Of a stretch of DNA of 62,019 bases, positions 36,136 to 45,434 are shown one piece after another. Made by a program: the position numbers and the translations under genes. The notes below the pieces were generated by a model, which saw nothing but the letters and a program-made list of their open reading frames with translations, was not told where the DNA came from and ran no database searches. Positions within the stretch are counted from its first letter, which is position 1; each line of letters starts with the position of its first letter. Origin of the DNA: an uncultured virus (IMG/VR IMGVR_UViG_3300009285_001861) (Duplodnaviria > Heunggongvirae > Uroviricota > Caudoviricetes); the IMG/VR virus record IMGVR_UViG_3300009285_001861; one strand, written 5' to 3'.

Positions 36136-36968
36136 TGTCCCCTCCCATGCCTCCAGTCATTTTGTTCCGTCCTGGTTGTGTAGGGGAATCCGAAGGGGAG
36201 GAAGAGGCAGCCAACCGATACTTCAAGGTAGTTACCAGACGATCCCAGGTGCCTCATAAGGCTACCGTGGTTGGGCGCTATTCAGTCCTCCCCTTCTACA
36301 AGGAACTGGAGGAGGATCTGAGAGACGCTGGCTCCACCCTTATCAACAGCCACCGGGAGCACAGGTTCGTGGCGGACCTACAGAACTACGTGGGTATCCT
36401 GGATGAGTTGACCCCTAAGACGTGGACCCAACTATCAGATGTTCCTGACTCTGGGGGCCCGTTTGTAGTCAAGGGGGAAACCAATTCCAGAAAAGACAAA
36501 TGGTCTACCCATTGTTTCGCGCGCAACAAGACCGAAGCCATTGAGGTGGCCCAAGTGCTCATGGCGGATGGGCTCATTGGGCAACAGCAGATATACGTCC
36601 GTCAATTCGTAGAGCTTGAGACGTTTCTGGTGGACCCCATCAACAAGCAACCCATCACCCGAGAGTTCCGGTTCTTCTTCCTGCGGGGGAAGCCCCTTGT
36701 AGGTGGCTACTACTGGTCCAACTATCTGGAGGACCTGAACGCGGTGGGTATTGACCCCAAGGCATCGGAGGTCCCCCAGGAGTTCCTGCTTCAGGTAGGG
36801 AACCGGGTCAAGGACCATGTAACGTTTGTGGTGGTGGATGTGGCCAAGACCATGGATGGTCGGTGGATTGTGATTGAGTTGAACGATGGCCAGATGAGTG
36901 GGCTGTCGTGTATTCCCCCTGAAGACCTGTACCGGGCAATGGCCCTGAATCTTACCGAGGAGAAGTAG
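36135..36968 (+). CDS. ATP-grasp domain protein (R2K-like/DUF4343)
   Basis: PFVVKGETNSRK, VRQFVEL, EFRFF, VVDVA...WIVIELNDGQMSG. Confidence 0.88.
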   Translation: MSPPMPPVILFRPGCVGESEGEEEAANRYFKVVTRRSQVPHKATVVGRYSVLPFYKELEEDLRDAGSTLINSHREHRFVADLQNYVGILDELTPKTWTQLSDVPDSGGPFVVKGETNSRKDKWSTHCFARNKTEAIEVAQVLMADGLIGQQQIYVRQFVELETFLVDPINKQPITREFRFFFLRGKPLVGGYYWSNYLEDLNAVGIDPKASEVPQEFLLQVGNRVKDHVTFVVVDVAKTMDGRWIVIELNDGQMSGLSCIPPEDLYRAMALNLTEEK

Positions 36969-36971
36969 ACC

Positions 36972-37691
36972 ATGAAGCCACTGTTTGGATGGTTTGGAAA
37001 TAACGATGAGCAAGAGGCCCAGACCTTGAAGCTCGAACGCGAACGGAACTCCCTCTACCAGGAGAACCAGAACCTGAAGAACAGCCTTCAAGCGGTTACC
37101 GCCGAAAGAGACATGCTACAGGAGGCCCTGACCAACAATGCGGGTACCTGCTACGCTGTCCTTCACAGGAAGATTGCGTGGCAGCGTCGGGTCCTCCGGG
37201 ACCTAACGGACCTCCACAACTGGTCTCAGTCGGGGTTTCGGATGTTTGACCTCATCCTCAGGCTTCAAAACACCCTGAAACGTTTGGATGGAATGCTGGA
37301 CCAGTCCCAACAGGGCACCCCAGTCAAGCCCCCTGTGGCCAAGGCCCCAACGGCAGCAAGTATCGCGGAACCCTTCCTCCCCTTCCTCCCAGGAATCCCC
37401 ACCATGGATGACCTGACGCGGGCAGCCAAGGCGTCTGTGTCTCCGCCAGTCATGGTGCGAGCATCCATCAAGCTCGATAAGAACATGTACTCAGAGGTTC
37501 TTCCGCATCCGGTGACCATGACGGGGAGACAGCTTCTGACCCTCGCCAACAAGACCCCTGAGACCCACAAGCTCATTCAGCAACTGCCCAATGGGACCAG
37601 GAACATTGAGGCGGATGACACGGTGGAGTTACAGGGCAACTTCGGGGTGGCCCGGTTCAAAACACTGCCCCGTAGTCAGACCGGGGGGTGA
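36972..37691 (+). CDS. Coiled-coil + multiubiquitin-type beta-grasp (Ubl) protein ending in Gly-Gly
   Basis: C-terminal IKLDK...TMTGRQLLTLANKTPETHKLIQQLPNGTRNIEADDTVEL...GVARFKTLPRSQTGG*. Confidence 0.8.
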   Translation: MKPLFGWFGNNDEQEAQTLKLERERNSLYQENQNLKNSLQAVTAERDMLQEALTNNAGTCYAVLHRKIAWQRRVLRDLTDLHNWSQSGFRMFDLILRLQNTLKRLDGMLDQSQQGTPVKPPVAKAPTAASIAEPFLPFLPGIPTMDDLTRAAKASVSPPVMVRASIKLDKNMYSEVLPHPVTMTGRQLLTLANKTPETHKLIQQLPNGTRNIEADDTVELQGNFGVARFKTLPRSQTGG

Positions 37692-37694
37692 CCC

Positions 37695-38204
37695 TTGGCC
37701 AACAACCATCCTGGCTACTTCCTGGTAGCTGCAACGGGTCATAGGCCGGAAAAAATCGGTGGGTACAGCCTAGAGGTTGCTCTCCGCCTTCGGAGATTTG
37801 CCACCCAATGCCTCCGACAGATCCCCGAGACCACCCACGTCATTAGTGGAATGGCCTTGGGGTGGGACCAAGCCATAGCGGAAGCCGCTCTTGACCTGGG
37901 TCTCCCCCTCATCGCAGCCGTACCTTTCTTGGGCCAGGAATCAATGTGGCCCGCGCAATCGCAGGTCCACTATCACGAATTGCTTGCAAAGGCTACCAGG
38001 ATCGTGTATGTGTCGGAGCCCGGGTATGGGGCAGAGAAGCTCCAAAAGCGTAACGTCTGGATGGCCGACCGGTGTGATACCATGTTGGCCTTGTGGGACG
38101 GAACCCGGGGCGGGACATTCAATTGTGTCCGGTACACTGAGCGGGTGGGCAAACCCATCGTGAACGTGTGGGACAAGTTCCAAGAATTCCTGAAGGCGGC
38201 GTGA
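37695..38204 (+). CDS. YspA-like SLOG family protein
   Basis: TGHRP, ISGMALGWDQ, QKRNVWMAD, WDGTRGGT. Confidence 0.9.
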   Translation: MANNHPGYFLVAATGHRPEKIGGYSLEVALRLRRFATQCLRQIPETTHVISGMALGWDQAIAEAALDLGLPLIAAVPFLGQESMWPAQSQVHYHELLAKATRIVYVSEPGYGAEKLQKRNVWMADRCDTMLALWDGTRGGTFNCVRYTERVGKPIVNVWDKFQEFLKAA

Positions 38205-38207
38205 CCC

Positions 38208-38534
38208 ATGGCAGGCGAGATTGACAAGAGAATACAGGAACTGGACCTCTCTGGCTCCCCTACAGCAACCCACACCCCAGCGGGAAGGTTTCTGTACTCC
38301 ATAGGGGACATTGATGTCTACTCCAAGACAGACACCGACCCCCCTTATGTCATTGCCCCTGTAGATGATCCGTGTGCCGTGGAAGCAGCCCTTCCCAAAG
38401 GATGGACCATTGGTAATGGTTGGTGGGCATCGGACCCAAGCCAGAAGCAACCAGATGGTCGATGGCTTCTCTACTTTGGCACAATTCGCGACTACCTTGC
38501 TGGCCCACAGGGATGGAAACTCACCAATGGTTGA
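38208..38534 (+). CDS. Hypothetical protein
   Basis: ORF in chain. Confidence 0.5.
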   Translation: MAGEIDKRIQELDLSGSPTATHTPAGRFLYSIGDIDVYSKTDTDPPYVIAPVDDPCAVEAALPKGWTIGNGWWASDPSQKQPDGRWLLYFGTIRDYLAGPQGWKLTNG

Positions 38535-38970
38535 CCACAACTACAAGTCCCTCTATGCATACCAGGACAAGGGCCACTGGGACCGTTGGATGCCCCTGGC
38601 AGAATGGCTCCAACGGAACAAGGTGGCTTGGATGCCAGACATGGAGCCCCTGGAGGGGTTTCTTCGTGAGCTACTGACCCCCCGCACCGCATATGCCCTG
38701 GCGGGTTTGATCCACCAACAGTGGCGTCAGGCTGTTCAAGAGGGAAGGCTTCAAGGGGACCCCGCCTTGCCCGATCTGGCGTGTTTTGAGCACCAGATAG
38801 GAGAGATATGTTTGGGGGTTGTTGGTGTTGGTGGGGAGGATGCCCCGGAGCCCACCCCTGAATGGGATAACACCACTACGGCCCCATGGGCAGAAGAGAA
38901 GTTCAGTAACCACGAGGACCCTTGCGTGCGTGAACTGTGGGATGAATTCAAGAAGCTCCGGGACCGGTGA
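38527..38970 (+). CDS. Hypothetical protein
   Basis: ORF coupled to next gene. Confidence 0.55.
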   Translation: MVDHNYKSLYAYQDKGHWDRWMPLAEWLQRNKVAWMPDMEPLEGFLRELLTPRTAYALAGLIHQQWRQAVQEGRLQGDPALPDLACFEHQIGEICLGVVGVGGEDAPEPTPEWDNTTTAPWAEEKFSNHEDPCVRELWDEFKKLRDR

Positions 38971-41900
38971 GTCTCGATGATATCACATGTTCCGTATGTG
39001 GGGCGGTTAGTGGGGTAGATATGCCCCCTGGCTGTGCCCATTTTGGACAGGTCAAAACCTTCTCATTTGATGGGCACCCCGCAGACCCAGAGCACAAGAT
39101 AGGTCAACCTTGGGTCCCCCTACAGACCCCACAGACAATGCCCCCCCAAGGGCTCATCATGGAGAAATCCAGGACCAGTGAGTACCGGACCCTACCCAAA
39201 CTCCCGGGGGAACAGTTCGTTTGGAATGCCCAAGTGGAAACAGGGAAGTGGCCCGGTGAGTTCATCCTCACGTCTGGGGCTAGGTCCACAGTGTTACATA
39301 TGACAGATTTGGCCAAGGCCCTGGTGCCAGTAGAGTCGATGCCCGCTGGGGCAAAGGACTTCGTCGCGGAACTCCCATGGCATCCGCTCTCTGACGATGA
39401 CACCCAGGTTGGAGACCCAGATCTGTCTCTTGCAAAGGCCAAGGTTACCAAGCCTGAATCCCGGGTGGTGTCCTCCGTATCAGACTACAAGAAAAAAGTC
39501 GACCTGTTGGAAAAAGAAGATGCCAAAGGCATACCGTCTAAAGTCACAGACTTCATTGGGATGTCTGTACAGTGGTTTGGATGGTCTGGGACTGTCACGG
39601 CTGCCAGACCCTACCCGGGACATACTGGGGGCCCTTTTGTATTGGATGTTGATTGGAAGTCCCTGGATACTGGGGCGAAGATCTACGACGCCGCGACAGC
39701 CCATTCCCCAAAATCCACGTGGTTGGATTCCGACTTGTTGCCTTTCCTGGGGCCAGTGAAGGAAGGGGCTGTTCAGTCCAGTCTAATTGGACGGCGGGTG
39801 TCGTTTGCTACCATTCAGGGTACTGTGACTGGTTATGCCCGTAATAGCAAATCACGCTACCGAATTTGTTGGGACACCTACAATACCTCTGACTCCCTTT
39901 GGACGGAAGCGGAAATCCTACCTTATCTGGTGGGCCCCAAGAAAGAAGACACACCCATGTCTGATACGCTCGTAACTGATAGCACCACCACCTTTACAAT
40001 AGGAAGTACCGCTATTTCCAATGGTTATACCCTTCTGGGCATGGAGCCGAAGAAACCCTATCTTTGGGAAGCTAGCATCAGCAAAGACTACGTCCCTGCC
40101 CTCCAGCGGTACATCCACCTTCGCGCCAATTACGAAGCCAGTAATGCAGAGCGGGAGGCACTAGACCGGGCCTTGTGGGACCTCCATGGCATCTCTCCAG
40201 AAGTCTATGTCAATAAGCGGATGGCGGCAGCCAGGGACAAAAACAAGGGGGACAGCCCCAACCAGATTCTCCAGAAGATGGTCGGGGACCCTATTCACAT
40301 CGATACCATCAAGGGCATGCAGTCTGACTACTTGGAAGAACTCCATTCTGTGGGCAAGAAGGAACCAGACAAAGAAGCGGATAAGGAACCCACTCAAGCC
40401 GAAGTAACGGAAGCCAAGGAAGTTGCGAACCTACGGCACCAGTACATTCGCGCTATTGCTGCGGACATCAAAAACGGGGAGCATGCTGGCTGTTTTCACG
40501 GAGACTTGACCCAATACATTATTGACTATATCGGCCCACATGAGGGAGGCACATCCCCCCAAGAGGTGCAGCAGGTACTACTCGCGACACCTGGACTCCT
40601 GGAGTGGGCAGTGACAAACGGTGTGAAGACACCTACCCAGGAAAGCCTTGCTGGGGTACATATAGCCCAATGGTCCCAGACCGAAAACGAGGCGGGTACC
40701 GAAACCCAAGTCGTCCTCAAAGGAGATGGAGAGGGCCAGAGGGAGGTGCTCCATAGGTTGCAGATTTTCTTGGATCCAGGCACGCCGTGGGAGCCTCAGA
40801 AGACTCAAAACCACATTGCTCAAACAGCCCGTGATACCCTGGCTGACCACATCCAGCAGCATATGAAGGAGGCGCTCAAGGACATCCAATTCAACTTTAC
40901 CTACACCCCAGCCGCCCACGAGAAGATTCAAGCAACGGTTAATGAGGTACTCCGGAAGAGGCTCCATTACACGGTCCCCAAAGACACGGATACCGTAAAG
41001 TCTCTGGCCAAGGAGATCGCCGTAGCCAGTGCCAATGGGAGCCTCAAGGGTCAAGTGCAGACAGACAGCAAAACCTATGAGGAGCTCCTTCAAGATTACA
41101 TTGATGACCCTACTGAACCAGTAACTTGGGCAGTGTCGCGGACTGATTTGGGAGCTGAACTCAACTCCAGGGTCGAAGGTCTCATCTACAACGAGCGGGT
41201 TAAGAAGGCTATAGGGAAGGCATCCTCAATTGCCTCTACGCATTCAATGGGGGTTGCTGAAACCAAGCCCAATGCTGTGGCCTTCGATACAGTGGAGTCA
41301 CTGGCCAATGAAGCCTCCAAGTACTTGAGCACCCCCGTAGAGACTGCCAAGACATTGATCTTGGAGGACATTACAGGCGTCAAGGTAAACCCCAAGTGGG
41401 CATTCCTGCCTAAGGATCTATCTGTTCGGCTGGGCAATTTCCTGGATCTTGCCTGGGCAATCGGGGCCTTGGATGAGGAGATCGTTAAGTGGCGGACAAC
41501 GCAGGGGTGGGCATCTCCACTTAGAGAGTTTGGATACGGTGCAGCCATACTGGCCAACATCCAAGCCTGCCACCCCACCCCTCTGGATTGGTCCTACTAC
41601 TTACCTGCTGATCTGAAGACAAAATTGGATCAGTTCATCACCCTAGAGCGGGACAAGGTTTGGAAGGGTGTCACAAGTTTTCCCAGGGCAGCCTCCCCCA
41701 TATTCGCCACGGGAGTCATTTTTGACACGGTGGAATCTTTGGCCAATGAGATGGTCAAAGCCAAGGGATATGCGTCCCCCTTCTCCGTGGAACTTGCCAA
41801 GGATGAGATCCTTGAGAACATCCAGAAAGACAGGGACCGAACGGACTGGGGAACCCTTCCTGTAGAGCTTTCCAAGAGGCTCCAAGCCTTCACAGAACGG

Positions 41901-42728
41901 GAGCACCGGATCATCTCCCTGGCAGCCGCGAGCCGTAGGAAGATATCTGACCTACCCTCAACAGTTCCAACTGCCCCGGTTGAGTCATTCGCCCGTACCA
42001 TACGTGACAATATCCAGAGGGTCATCCCCTCCCATATTGTCTGGTCGGACAACCTCACCCCCGCCCTGAAGACAGAATTGGATCAGTTCATCACCCAGGA
42101 GCGGAACAATGTCTGGGGGCCTTACGCGTTCACCGAATCCCTCACGAGCAGCCCGGAGACGGGTGTAAGTACCAACAAGCCTCCCGAAACAATTGAGCCC
42201 CACAACATGCCCACGAACACCGAGAAGAAGATACCGACAACCAAGACCCGAAAAGTTGCAAACACGTTCAAGGCCGAGCTTGGAAGCGCCGCTACCAAGA
42301 CTGCCGCCCGCCAGCTTGCCAAGGCCGTCCGAGACCCCCTCCTGGAGTTCTTGGTCCAGAGCCTGGGGGCCGACAAGCGTAAGGCCACGAAGTTCCTGGC
42401 TTCTCCCACAGGCCTTGCCATCACCAAGCTGGTGGTGGGTTCAGGCCTCGGCGCACTCCCCATGTCCAAGTACGAACAGAACGAAGACGAGCTGATCCCT
42501 GCCAACCGGCTGGCCCAGGTAGCCTCTGTAATGCGCGAGGATGGCCTTGCGGACCTTGGGGATGGCGCCATGGACCTTCTGACGGGCCCCCTCTTCAAGA
42601 AGGCTGGTAGCCTCCTGGCGACGATCAACACCATGGCTGACGAGAAGGTCCGGGTGGATGTTGCTGGGGCTGCGGAAGAGGGCGAAGAGGAAGTGGCCGC
42701 CGAAGCTGGGGCTCGGGCACACGCTTAA
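38967..42728 (+). CDS. Giant modular protein B (1253 aa): two Tudor/SH3-like modules, helical repeats, family C-terminal domain
   Basis: FDTVESLANE x2, LKT.LDQFIT.ER..VW x2, conserved C-terminal domain. Confidence 0.85.
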   Translation: MSLDDITCSVCGAVSGVDMPPGCAHFGQVKTFSFDGHPADPEHKIGQPWVPLQTPQTMPPQGLIMEKSRTSEYRTLPKLPGEQFVWNAQVETGKWPGEFILTSGARSTVLHMTDLAKALVPVESMPAGAKDFVAELPWHPLSDDDTQVGDPDLSLAKAKVTKPESRVVSSVSDYKKKVDLLEKEDAKGIPSKVTDFIGMSVQWFGWSGTVTAARPYPGHTGGPFVLDVDWKSLDTGAKIYDAATAHSPKSTWLDSDLLPFLGPVKEGAVQSSLIGRRVSFATIQGTVTGYARNSKSRYRICWDTYNTSDSLWTEAEILPYLVGPKKEDTPMSDTLVTDSTTTFTIGSTAISNGYTLLGMEPKKPYLWEASISKDYVPALQRYIHLRANYEASNAEREALDRALWDLHGISPEVYVNKRMAAARDKNKGDSPNQILQKMVGDPIHIDTIKGMQSDYLEELHSVGKKEPDKEADKEPTQAEVTEAKEVANLRHQYIRAIAADIKNGEHAGCFHGDLTQYIIDYIGPHEGGTSPQEVQQVLLATPGLLEWAVTNGVKTPTQESLAGVHIAQWSQTENEAGTETQVVLKGDGEGQREVLHRLQIFLDPGTPWEPQKTQNHIAQTARDTLADHIQQHMKEALKDIQFNFTYTPAAHEKIQATVNEVLRKRLHYTVPKDTDTVKSLAKEIAVASANGSLKGQVQTDSKTYEELLQDYIDDPTEPVTWAVSRTDLGAELNSRVEGLIYNERVKKAIGKASSIASTHSMGVAETKPNAVAFDTVESLANEASKYLSTPVETAKTLILEDITGVKVNPKWAFLPKDLSVRLGNFLDLAWAIGALDEEIVKWRTTQGWASPLREFGYGAAILANIQACHPTPLDWSYYLPADLKTKLDQFITLERDKVWKGVTSFPRAASPIFATGVIFDTVESLANEMVKAKGYASPFSVELAKDEILENIQKDRDRTDWGTLPVELSKRLQAFTEREHRIISLAAASRRKISDLPSTVPTAPVESFARTIRDNIQRVIPSHIVWSDNLTPALKTELDQFITQERNNVWGPYAFTESLTSSPETGVSTNKPPETIEPHNMPTNTEKKIPTTKTRKVANTFKAELGSAATKTAARQLAKAVRDPLLEFLVQSLGADKRKATKFLASPTGLAITKLVVGSGLGALPMSKYEQNEDELIPANRLAQVASVMREDGLADLGDGAMDLLTGPLFKKAGSLLATINTMADEKVRVDVAGAAEEGEEEVAAEAGARAHA

Positions 42729-42913
42729 TGGATCACTTCACCTCCCACAAGGTCACTCTCATGACCCCCCACCCCACCCGATCTGGAGTCTGGCAACTCA
42801 AACTTGCAGATAGCCGGTGGGTCACCTTGGTTGGGGTCAGCGAGATGCGGGGTCTGGAGCCACCTTCCTTCCAGATCGAGGCCATCGAACTGGACAAGCA
42901 TGATTGGGAGTGA
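42728..42913 (+). CDS. Hypothetical small protein
   Basis: TAATG coupling. Confidence 0.5.
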   Translation: MDHFTSHKVTLMTPHPTRSGVWQLKLADSRWVTLVGVSEMRGLEPPSFQIEAIELDKHDWE

Positions 42914-43686
42914 AGATGACTGCTATCCCATTAGTTGTGAGGGATCTTCCGAATCCTGCGAACTTCGCTTACGCCTGTGGAAAGTGCTCACGGATCTACG
43001 ACCATAGCAACAGGGACCTTGCGGACTCCTGTTGTCAGCCCCGCAAATGTGCCTGTGGGGCATTGGCCAAGGAATACCATATGGTGTGTTCCGACTGTGA
43101 CGCCAAGGCAACGGCTACCAAGAAGGCAGCCGACTTCGAGCGAGCCACCAAGCAGCGATACTCATCCGAAATGGGCCCCTGGCTGTGCTGGGAGGATGCT
43201 GGAGAGGAGGGGTTTTTCTGCAACGTCGAAGACCTCTATGATTACTGCTTCCGTAAGGGCCTTGAGGTACCCGAGTGGGTGTGGGGGACCACATCACGCA
43301 CATTGAGGCTGGATGCTGTTTCCATCCTTGAGAGTGCCTTGGATGAGCACCACGAAGATGCTATTGATCGGGTAGAGGATATCTCTCTACTCCAGACATT
43401 ATTGGACCTGTGGTGTGACCGGCAGATCATTGAGACATTCGATGAGGACCGGAGCCTTGCCATCTTGATCCCGCCAGACCCAGACAACCGGCAGGAATGT
43501 GTTCAAACGGATACCTACAAATGCCGTGGGTGCTCGCACGAATACGAGGTTGATCGTATCCGACTGCATGGGGAGTCTTGGGAAAACAACTATGACCCCA
43601 AGAACTGGGTCTTGTGTGCGCAATCCAAATGCTGGCTGCCCAAATGCCCCAAGTGTGGTAGGACCCAAGCGAAGAGGACTCCATGA
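42904..43686 (+). CDS. Cys-rich hypothetical protein
   Basis: Multiple CxxC motifs. Confidence 0.6.
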   Translation: MGVKMTAIPLVVRDLPNPANFAYACGKCSRIYDHSNRDLADSCCQPRKCACGALAKEYHMVCSDCDAKATATKKAADFERATKQRYSSEMGPWLCWEDAGEEGFFCNVEDLYDYCFRKGLEVPEWVWGTTSRTLRLDAVSILESALDEHHEDAIDRVEDISLLQTLLDLWCDRQIIETFDEDRSLAILIPPDPDNRQECVQTDTYKCRGCSHEYEVDRIRLHGESWENNYDPKNWVLCAQSKCWLPKCPKCGRTQAKRTP

Positions 43687-44504
43687 TTGTCTGTAAAGAG
43701 TGCCAGGGCAATGGCTGTGATCCCAAGTGTCCTGACGTGGCCTGCCCAGCCTGTGAGGGAATGGGTACATTCTCAGGAACTCCGGGGGCACCACCCGTAG
43801 GCCCTCCCTGCGAGGCATGCGACGGAACCGGGCGTGAAAAGTTGCCCGAGGAGGTCTTCTGCAACCGTTGTGGGAAGACCTGTGACAAGGGAGACATCAA
43901 TCCCAACCTCAATTTTCCTCCCCGACATGACTCCTATGGGCTCATTAAGGCCAAGGTGTCTGGGGGATACCACTCTGACTCCCTGTGTGATATGACCACC
44001 TATACCTTCTCGATTTGCGAGGGGTGCCTGAAGGAACTGTTTGACTCCTTCAAGATTCCTCCTGCCGTATGGGACGACATGACTGGGTCCCAGGAGGTCT
44101 ACAATCCCAACTGGAAAGAGGATTCCAACCGACGGCACGAGGAGTCTTTGGCCAGAGAGAGGGCGACCCTCCTTCCCCTTCTGCCAGAAACGGTACCAGA
44201 TGTATGGGAAGTGGAAGCTAACCCACGGGGGGGTCTCTGTGACTACTACTTGAAGGGAGATCCAGGCGGGCTCCATGCGTCCTTGAGTATTGTCTGTGAC
44301 TCTTTGCTGGTGTCTGTGTCCAGGGACATGGTCAACGATGATGACCAGCCCATCACCATGGAGGAGGCAGAAATGGCCCGTCAGGTCTTTGCTCCATGGG
44401 CAGTGCTGGACTCAAAACTAGCCAATGTCAGGTTAATGCTGTGCAGGGGGGTGGCAGAAGGCCAGTTGGCCCTTGTGGGCTTTGAAAAGCCTCTAGGAGT
44501 GTAA
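43683..44504 (+). CDS. Protein with DnaJ-type CxxCxGxG Zn fingers
   Basis: CKECQGNG, CPACEGMG, CEACDGTG. Confidence 0.65.
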   Translation: MIVCKECQGNGCDPKCPDVACPACEGMGTFSGTPGAPPVGPPCEACDGTGREKLPEEVFCNRCGKTCDKGDINPNLNFPPRHDSYGLIKAKVSGGYHSDSLCDMTTYTFSICEGCLKELFDSFKIPPAVWDDMTGSQEVYNPNWKEDSNRRHEESLARERATLLPLLPETVPDVWEVEANPRGGLCDYYLKGDPGGLHASLSIVCDSLLVSVSRDMVNDDDQPITMEEAEMARQVFAPWAVLDSKLANVRLMLCRGVAEGQLALVGFEKPLGV

Positions 44505-44514
44505 CGCCGGGACC

Positions 44515-45405
44515 ATGAGCCGCAAGAAAATTGCTTTCGTTAGGGCATCTCCCAAAACACGTGGGTTCCCATACCTGCCCGACAAGACTCCAGGGCGTGG
44601 GAGGATTCCATACTACAATACAGACCAGAAGGATCCCGCATACATCCCCTTTGTGGATGTCTGCTGGTGGAGTGACAACTGTGCAGACGCTGCCCAAGGG
44701 CTTAGACGGCTAGGATATGAGGTTTGTGCCTTTGACTTTGACAGCGATAGGCTACCTGAGCTGCCTCTCTCCAAGCACACAATCGTGAAGGCAGATATTC
44801 GCACTACCCGAAAAGCCCTTGACCTTCTGGGGGTCCGGCAGCCCAAGAACGTGGACCTTCCATGGAGCCTACGCAAGTACCGGCACCGTAAGGTTTGGTC
44901 TTCTACTCTTGGGGATGTCCGAAAGGAAGTTGAGGAAACCAAGACGTCACTGTTCATCAAACCCCTCCGGTGGCAGAAGGCATTCAATGGCCATGTTGTA
45001 TATTGGGACCCCAACAAGTACAACCCGAGAAATGGCACCTGGGGTGGGCTATCTTATGATCACGAAACAACCGGGTTCCCCCCTGACTTTCCGGTGATGG
45101 TTTCGGATGTGGTCGATATCTCCACATCCCCTGAGCACCGAATCTACGTGGTCAAGAAGAAGATCCTGCCCACGAGTCTGGGTGGGTGTAGGGGGTTCAC
45201 TCAAGCCCGTCGGGTAGCCGAGCAGATGGTCCGGGACTTCAAAAACCAACCCATCTCCTACGGGTTGGACATCGCCCAAATAGAGGACGGACCCTATGCC
45301 CTCGTAGAGGTCAACGACGGCTTCTCGGTAGGCAACTACAACCTGTCCTTTACCCGTTACGCCCAAGTTATTGAGGCCCGATGGCGCGAGATGGTGTCAA
45401 GCTAG
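44515..45405 (+). CDS. ATP-grasp domain protein (R2K-like), second copy
   Basis: LFIKP...KAFNG, EHRIYV, YGLDIA...LVEVNDGFSVGNY. Confidence 0.82.
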   Translation: MSRKKIAFVRASPKTRGFPYLPDKTPGRGRIPYYNTDQKDPAYIPFVDVCWWSDNCADAAQGLRRLGYEVCAFDFDSDRLPELPLSKHTIVKADIRTTRKALDLLGVRQPKNVDLPWSLRKYRHRKVWSSTLGDVRKEVEETKTSLFIKPLRWQKAFNGHVVYWDPNKYNPRNGTWGGLSYDHETTGFPPDFPVMVSDVVDISTSPEHRIYVVKKKILPTSLGGCRGFTQARRVAEQMVRDFKNQPISYGLDIAQIEDGPYALVEVNDGFSVGNYNLSFTRYAQVIEARWREMVSS

Positions 45406-45434
45406 ACCAACTTTAAGGCGTAACCAGTATAATC

